Positions 59,460 to 64,000 of a stretch of DNA of 64,000 nucleotides are shown here, in pieces. The notes under the pieces are model-generated. The model saw only the letters and a program-made list of their open reading frames with translations, made no database searches and had not been told where the DNA came from. The position numbers were made by a program, and so were the translations under genes. This DNA is from Candidatus Hydrogenedentota bacterium (GTDB taxonomy: Bacteria; Hydrogenedentota; Hydrogenedentia; Hydrogenedentales; JAEUWI01), in assembly GCA_034669905.1 (NCBI GenBank), contig JAXMOL010000002.1:160001-224000 (forward strand), read 5' to 3'. Positions within the stretch are counted from its first letter, which is position 1, and every line of letters begins with the position of its first letter.

Positions 59460-59590
59460 ATTAAGAGACAGATTTAACGTGTTCTTCAAGGAACGCTGGG
59501 GTGTCTATCCCGCACCGTATTCCAGCCGTTAATCTCTGCTTCTTACCTCCCCTGGTTGCGTCATGGCATTGAACCATGGCGCATCTTTTA
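59460..59590 (+). ncRNA. candidate sigma28-dependent sRNA 3
   Basis: AUCCC hairpin, UCUUACCUCC seed, terminator TGCGTCATGG/CCATGGCGCA-TCTTTTT. Confidence 0.68.
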
Positions 59591-60361
59591 TGTGGGCTCC
59601 ACACCGTCATACAGCACTTCCTTCATGACTAGCCCCTGGGGCGGTGCGCAATGCCCCAGAAATGGCCCCCCCGACACCAACGCCTCCTGAAGAAACTCCG
59701 GACCAAAACGCCCCCGCCCTATCTCCACCAACGTGCCGGAAAGATTACGCACCATCTTATAAAGGAATCCATTGCCAAAAAACTCGATGTGCCACAGGTT
59801 CTGGCCGTCCCGGGGGCCCACCACCGCCCCTTGATGGAGCGTCGCGGCGTAAATCGTACGCACCGTCGTCTTCATCTGACACCCCGTGCTCTGAAACCCT
59901 GCGAAGTCATGGGTCCCCTCCAGTTGAGGCAAGAGCGACCGAATAAGGTCGATATCCACCCCGTAAGGAACCTGCCAGCTATAGGGAGCACTGAAGGGGT
60001 CCATTTCCCGACTGAAGTGAAAGGTATAGCAATAGCGCTTGGCCTTCGCTGAAAATCGGGCGTTAAAATCGGCAGAAACCGCTTCCAACGCCGTAATTTG
60101 GATTTCCGGCTCTAACATGCGACACAACGCATGGCGCAACGTGGGCGGCACCGCCTTGGGCCATTCACAGGAAAAGACCTGTCCCAGGGCGTGGACCCCC
60201 GCATCGGTGCGGCCGGCCCCCTGAATGCGGATAGGCTGAGAGGCAATCCGGCTCATAGCCGCCTCAATATCCCCTTGAACCGTCCGTTGGTCCTGTTGGG
60301 CTTGCCAGCCGGAGAAGGGCGTTCCAAGATAGCGCACAGTGCCTTTGAGTGTGGTGGTCAT
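59588..60361 (-). CDS. truA: tRNA pseudouridine(38-40) synthase
   Basis: FSGWQAQ, AGRTDAGVHALGQ, FNARFSA, GTHDF, GFLYKMVR, APPQGL. Confidence 0.96.
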   Translation of the reverse strand: MTTTLKGTVRYLGTPFSGWQAQQDQRTVQGDIEAAMSRIASQPIRIQGAGRTDAGVHALGQVFSCEWPKAVPPTLRHALCRMLEPEIQITALEAVSADFNARFSAKAKRYCYTFHFSREMDPFSAPYSWQVPYGVDIDLIRSLLPQLEGTHDFAGFQSTGCQMKTTVRTIYAATLHQGAVVGPRDGQNLWHIEFFGNGFLYKMVRNLSGTLVEIGRGRFGPEFLQEALVSGGPFLGHCAPPQGLVMKEVLYDGVEPT

Positions 60362-60672
60362 GGGCCTATTGTAATCGAGCCACGGATCCACCTACCACTT
60401 TCCGAGGGCCCGGAGAGCCAACGGTCGCGCTCTCACCCCACCATTTCCCGGCAGCCCCTCCACTGGGCGCAATACCTGGCGTCCATTCGGGGACTTATTT
60501 TCGGTTATCCGGGCCAGGCCGTGCACCGCATACCCCGGATGGCATCCAAAAAAACGAGGAAATTTTTCATTTTTTTTGCGGTGCGCGGTCCCGTATTGGC
60601 TGTTTCGGATTATTCGAAATCGTTTATGTCGGATTGAATCGGTGTGGGTCGGTGATTTTTTTTCAGAAAAAA

Positions 60673-60700
60673 CTAAAGTTGTCGCTCAAGTTGCCGATAA
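60673..60700 (+). promoter_or_regulatory. sigma28 promoter of the flagellin array
   Basis: TAAA-N15-GCCGATAA preceded by A/T tracts at about 60545-60672. Confidence 0.9.
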
Positions 60701-60706
60701 ATACTA

Positions 60707-61145
60707 CAGGTAAGCCGAAACAGGCCTTATTCAGGACAGTTTAAAAAAGTGAAATACGGAGTCCAGGGACGGGTTTCCGCGACATCATGGAGGATGGCGC
60801 ATTCAGCGCGGGGTATGCACCCGCACGACGGCCTCGAGGCCGACGACAACAATTGAATCACGTTGATCGAATACTTCGGTATGGATGAAGGCAGAGCAGG
60901 ATGCTCAACGGCTTCATCAAGAAGAAACGTCGCAGTTAACGAATTGCCTGAAGCACGGGACATGCCTCAGGGATAACGGAGACTGCTTTCGAAATCAATG
61001 GGACCAATCGATTTCACGTAGAAATCGGTTTCTGACGCACCGGACCATGGGACGGTAGCCGCCACACCGTGGTGGGTTACCCGGGATGGGACGTCAGAGG
61101 GAGCGCAAGGATGCGCTCTACCAACCACTCACGGAGGAATACATC
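60707..61145 (+). promoter_or_regulatory. long GGA-rich structured leader (multiple CsrA-type sites)
   Basis: About 19 GGA versus 2 TCC by hand count; GAGCA-GGA-TGCTC and GAGCGCA-AGGA-TGCGCTC hairpins. Confidence 0.7.
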
Positions 61146-61961
61146 ATGGGACTTCGAATCAACACCAATGTGTCTGCGCTCAACACGGCGCGGGTCTTAC
61201 GTAGCTCAACGCTGGACTTGAACAAGAGCCTGCAACGGCTCTCCAGCGGATTGCGTATCAACCGTGCGGCCGATGACGCCGCAGGCCTGGCCATCGCCGA
61301 GGGTTTTCGCTCGGTGGTACGCGGCACGCAGGTTGCCCAGCGCAATGCGCAGGACGGAATCAGCCTGGTGCAGACGGCGGAAGGCGCATTGAGTGAAACG
61401 ACCAACATACTGCAGCGTATTCGCGAGCTCGCCGTACAGGCAGCCAACGGAACGCAGAGTACGGCAAACCGCGTATCGCTGGATGCCGAAGTCGATCAAC
61501 TGTTAGCCCAAATCGATGATATCGCGTTTGACACGGAATTCAACGGTGTCCGGGTACTCAGCGGCGGCACTGTGCTGACGCTTCAAACCGGCGCTTTCCA
61601 GGGACAAAACCTGTCGATTGTGGTGGGTGCTGCGGGTCAGAACCAGATCGGTGTTTCGCCGGTTAACCTGCAAACCGCTGCCGGTGCCATCAGTGCACTC
61701 AGTACGGTAGACGGTGCCCTGCGCTCGGTGAACACGCTCCGGAGTAATCTGGGTGCCTTCCAGAACCGTCTGGAGTTCACCATCAGCACGCTCGCAATCC
61801 AGGAAGAAAACTCTTCCGCGTCCGAAAGCGCTATACGAGATGCCGACATCGCCCAGGAAACGATTCGCTTTACGCGGAATCAGATCCTGGTAAACGCCGG
61901 TACATCGATCCTGGCCCAGGCCAACATCGTGCCACAGACGGCACTGCAGTTGCTGGGTTAA
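61146..61961 (+). CDS. fliC: flagellin 1 (271 aa)
   Basis: MGLRINTNVSAL, RLSSGLRINRAADDAAGLAI, LGAFQNRLE, IRDADIA, QLLG. Confidence 0.97.
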   Translation: MGLRINTNVSALNTARVLRSSTLDLNKSLQRLSSGLRINRAADDAAGLAIAEGFRSVVRGTQVAQRNAQDGISLVQTAEGALSETTNILQRIRELAVQAANGTQSTANRVSLDAEVDQLLAQIDDIAFDTEFNGVRVLSGGTVLTLQTGAFQGQNLSIVVGAAGQNQIGVSPVNLQTAAGAISALSTVDGALRSVNTLRSNLGAFQNRLEFTISTLAIQEENSSASESAIRDADIAQETIRFTRNQILVNAGTSILAQANIVPQTALQLLG

Positions 61962-62189
61962 TACACGTCGACAACCAGGGCGGCCGAACCTCAAGGGATA
62001 CGAGGGGCCGGAAACGGAATTTATGGCCACCGGCCGCCCTGATAATCTTCAACGTAGAGAAAGGAGAACATAGGACTGCGAGTACTTAACGAGTCGCGTC
62101 GTTGAGCATTCGGTTTTTGTCAACTATCACGGAAGAATGAATAACAAAGGGATCGGGAATCCCTTTGGCCACTCATGGAGGAAAGTACT

Positions 62190-63008
62190 ATGGGACTTCG
62201 AATCAACACCAACGTGGCGTCGCTTAACTCGGCGCGTACCCTGAGCCGCTCTACGAGCGCGCTTAACAAATCGCTGGAACGTCTCTCCAGTGGTCTCCGC
62301 ATCAACCGCGCAGCCGATGACGCTGCCGGTCTGGCCATCGCCGAAGGATTTCGGTCGGTGGTGCGGGGCACCCAGGTCGCCCAGCGCAACGCACAAGATG
62401 GGGTCAGCCTCGTGCAAACCGCGGAAGGGGCGTTGAGTGAAACCACCAACATCCTGCAGCGGGTACGCGAACTGGCCGTACAGGCCGCGAACGGAACGCA
62501 GAGCTCTGAAAACCGTGCGGCCCTGAACACCGAAGTATCGCAGCTGCTCGCACAGATCGATGATATCGCCTTCGACACCGAATTCAACGGTGTGGCGGTA
62601 TTGAGCGGCAGCAGCACCCTCACCTTGCAAACCGGCGCCGAATCGGGTCAGACCCTGCAGATTGCTATCAGCAGTGGTGCGGGCCAGGCCGCCATCGGCG
62701 TGAGCACCGTCAACATTTCCACCTCGGCCGGCGCCGTCAGTGCCCTCAGCCAGGTGGACGTAGCCCTGCAGCGGGTCAATTCCCTCCGCAGTAACCTCGG
62801 TGCCATCCAGAATCGTCTCGAATTCACCATCAATACCCTGGCGATTCAGGAAGAAAACTCGGCCGCCTCAGAGAGTGCGATCCGGGATGCGGACATTGCC
62901 CGCGAAACCATTCAGTTTACGCGGAACCAGATTCTGGTCAGTGCCGGCACGTCGGTACTTGCCCAGTCCAATGTGGTTCCCCAGACGGCGTTGCAGCTTC
63001 TCGGCTAA
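62190..63008 (+). CDS. fliC: flagellin 2 (272 aa)
   Basis: Same flagellin motifs; GGAGG RBS. Confidence 0.97.
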   Translation: MGLRINTNVASLNSARTLSRSTSALNKSLERLSSGLRINRAADDAAGLAIAEGFRSVVRGTQVAQRNAQDGVSLVQTAEGALSETTNILQRVRELAVQAANGTQSSENRAALNTEVSQLLAQIDDIAFDTEFNGVAVLSGSSTLTLQTGAESGQTLQIAISSGAGQAAIGVSTVNISTSAGAVSALSQVDVALQRVNSLRSNLGAIQNRLEFTINTLAIQEENSAASESAIRDADIARETIQFTRNQILVSAGTSVLAQSNVVPQTALQLLG

Positions 63009-63227
63009 TTCGCCATCCATAGTTTAAACCGGTTGTAACGTGGTGGCTCCGGCCCTTCCTTTGGAGGGGTCGGAGCAGCACCGTAACTATACGGAAGGAG
63101 TGCATCAGTCGGCCGATTTGCCGTCCATTTACCCACCGCGGGGATAAATAGACGATGAGAAGGCCACGAAGAACATACACCGGGTTGGTTAGGGATACCC
63201 GACCGGGTGATCTTGGAGGTAAGATCC

Positions 63228-64000
63228 ATGGGATTACGTATAAATACGAACATCCCGGCTCTCAACACGAGCCGGGTGCTCGATCGTTCCAGCCGTGCCT
63301 TGAACCGCAGTCTGGAACGGTTGAGCAGTGGTCTCCGCATCAATCGCGCAGCCGATGATGCGGCAGGCCTCGCTATTGCCGAGGGCTTTCGCACCCAGGT
63401 GCGGGGCACCCAGGTGGCGCAACGCAATGCGCAGGATGGAATCAGTCTCGTACAGACGGCCGAAGGGGCGTTGAGCGAAACGACCAACATCCTGCAACGC
63501 ATTCGAGAACTCGCGATTCAGGCCGCCAACGGAACCCAGAGTTCCGCCAACCGCCAGTCACTCAACAACGAAGTGCAGCAGCTGATTGCCCAGGTGGAAG
63601 ACATCGCTTTGGACACTCGGTTTAATGGCATCAACGTGTTGAGCAGCAACCAGTCCATCACGCTCCAGACCGGAGCCAATCCGAGCCAATCCCTTCAGGT
63701 GACCATCGGCGGCGCACGCAGCACCGATCTGCGCGTAAGCGCCGTCAATATTTCGGCCGCGGCAGGCGCTATCAATGCCATCAGCCAGGTCGATATCGCG
63801 CTGGCAAGTGTGAACACCTTACGGAGCAGTCTCGGTGCCTTTCAGAACCGGTTAGAATTCACCATCAATACCCTGGCCATTCAGGAAGAGAATTCGGCGG
63901 CCGCCGAAAGTGCTATCCGGGATGCCGACATTGCCCGGGAAACGATTCAGTTTACACGGAATCAGATCCTCGTGAATGCCGGTGTCAGTGTATTGACCCA
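63228..64000 (+). CDS. fliC: flagellin 3, truncated by window end
   Basis: MGLRINTNIPALNTSR..RLSSGLRINRAADDAAG..LGAFQNRLEF; GGAGGT RBS; open to 64000. Confidence 0.95.
   Translation, partial: MGLRINTNIPALNTSRVLDRSSRALNRSLERLSSGLRINRAADDAAGLAIAEGFRTQVRGTQVAQRNAQDGISLVQTAEGALSETTNILQRIRELAIQAANGTQSSANRQSLNNEVQQLIAQVEDIALDTRFNGINVLSSNQSITLQTGANPSQSLQVTIGGARSTDLRVSAVNISAAAGAINAISQVDIALASVNTLRSSLGAFQNRLEFTINTLAIQEENSAAAESAIRDADIARETIQFTRNQILVNAGVSVLT

Noticed and set aside
1..64000. tRNA, rRNA, prophage, integrase or defence-system genes
   Set aside because: None recognised by eye; tRNAscan-SE and Infernal would be needed to exclude small RNAs formally

Overview
A GC-rich bacterial chromosomal segment with standard genetic code. 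Gene content and protein style tentatively suggest Candidatus Hydrogenedentota, which is inference only. Coding content is mostly housekeeping and envelope genes: a pilus-associated ABC module, GTP-dependent and PPi-dependent PEP carboxykinases, an ECF sigma/anti-sigma pair, PpiD, PBP1A, a GYF/RDD operon, GH5, OmpA, LysM-M23, dnaK, a hybrid kinase, ggt, carA, comB/ytoQ/ypdA, a GT4-GH130 module, htpG, a type IV pilin, wbqC-degT-wecA, truA and at least three tandem short flagellins. Several REP-like palindromic repeats lie in intergenic regions. The most striking signal is non-coding. The ~700 bp gap at 58890-59590 holds three back-to-back sigma28 promoters (CTAAAG-N14-GCCGATA), each followed by a 130-180 nt unit ending in its own terminator. 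All three units share a GGUG-(AUCCC)-CACC hairpin, and two carry CsrA-type ACGGA loop hairpins. Each has a 3' segment complementary to the Shine-Dalgarno/start codon of a downstream flagellin paralog: unit 1 to flagellin 2 (26 of 29 nt), units 2 and 3 to flagellin 3. Flagellin 1 has a sigma28 promoter and a ~440 nt leader dense in GGA hairpins. Together these look like an undescribed sRNA-array/CsrA circuit that sets flagellin paralog stoichiometry. A separate sigma54-driven, C-rich-loop sRNA candidate lies divergent from dnaK. All counts and alignments were done by eye; no searches or folding programs were run.
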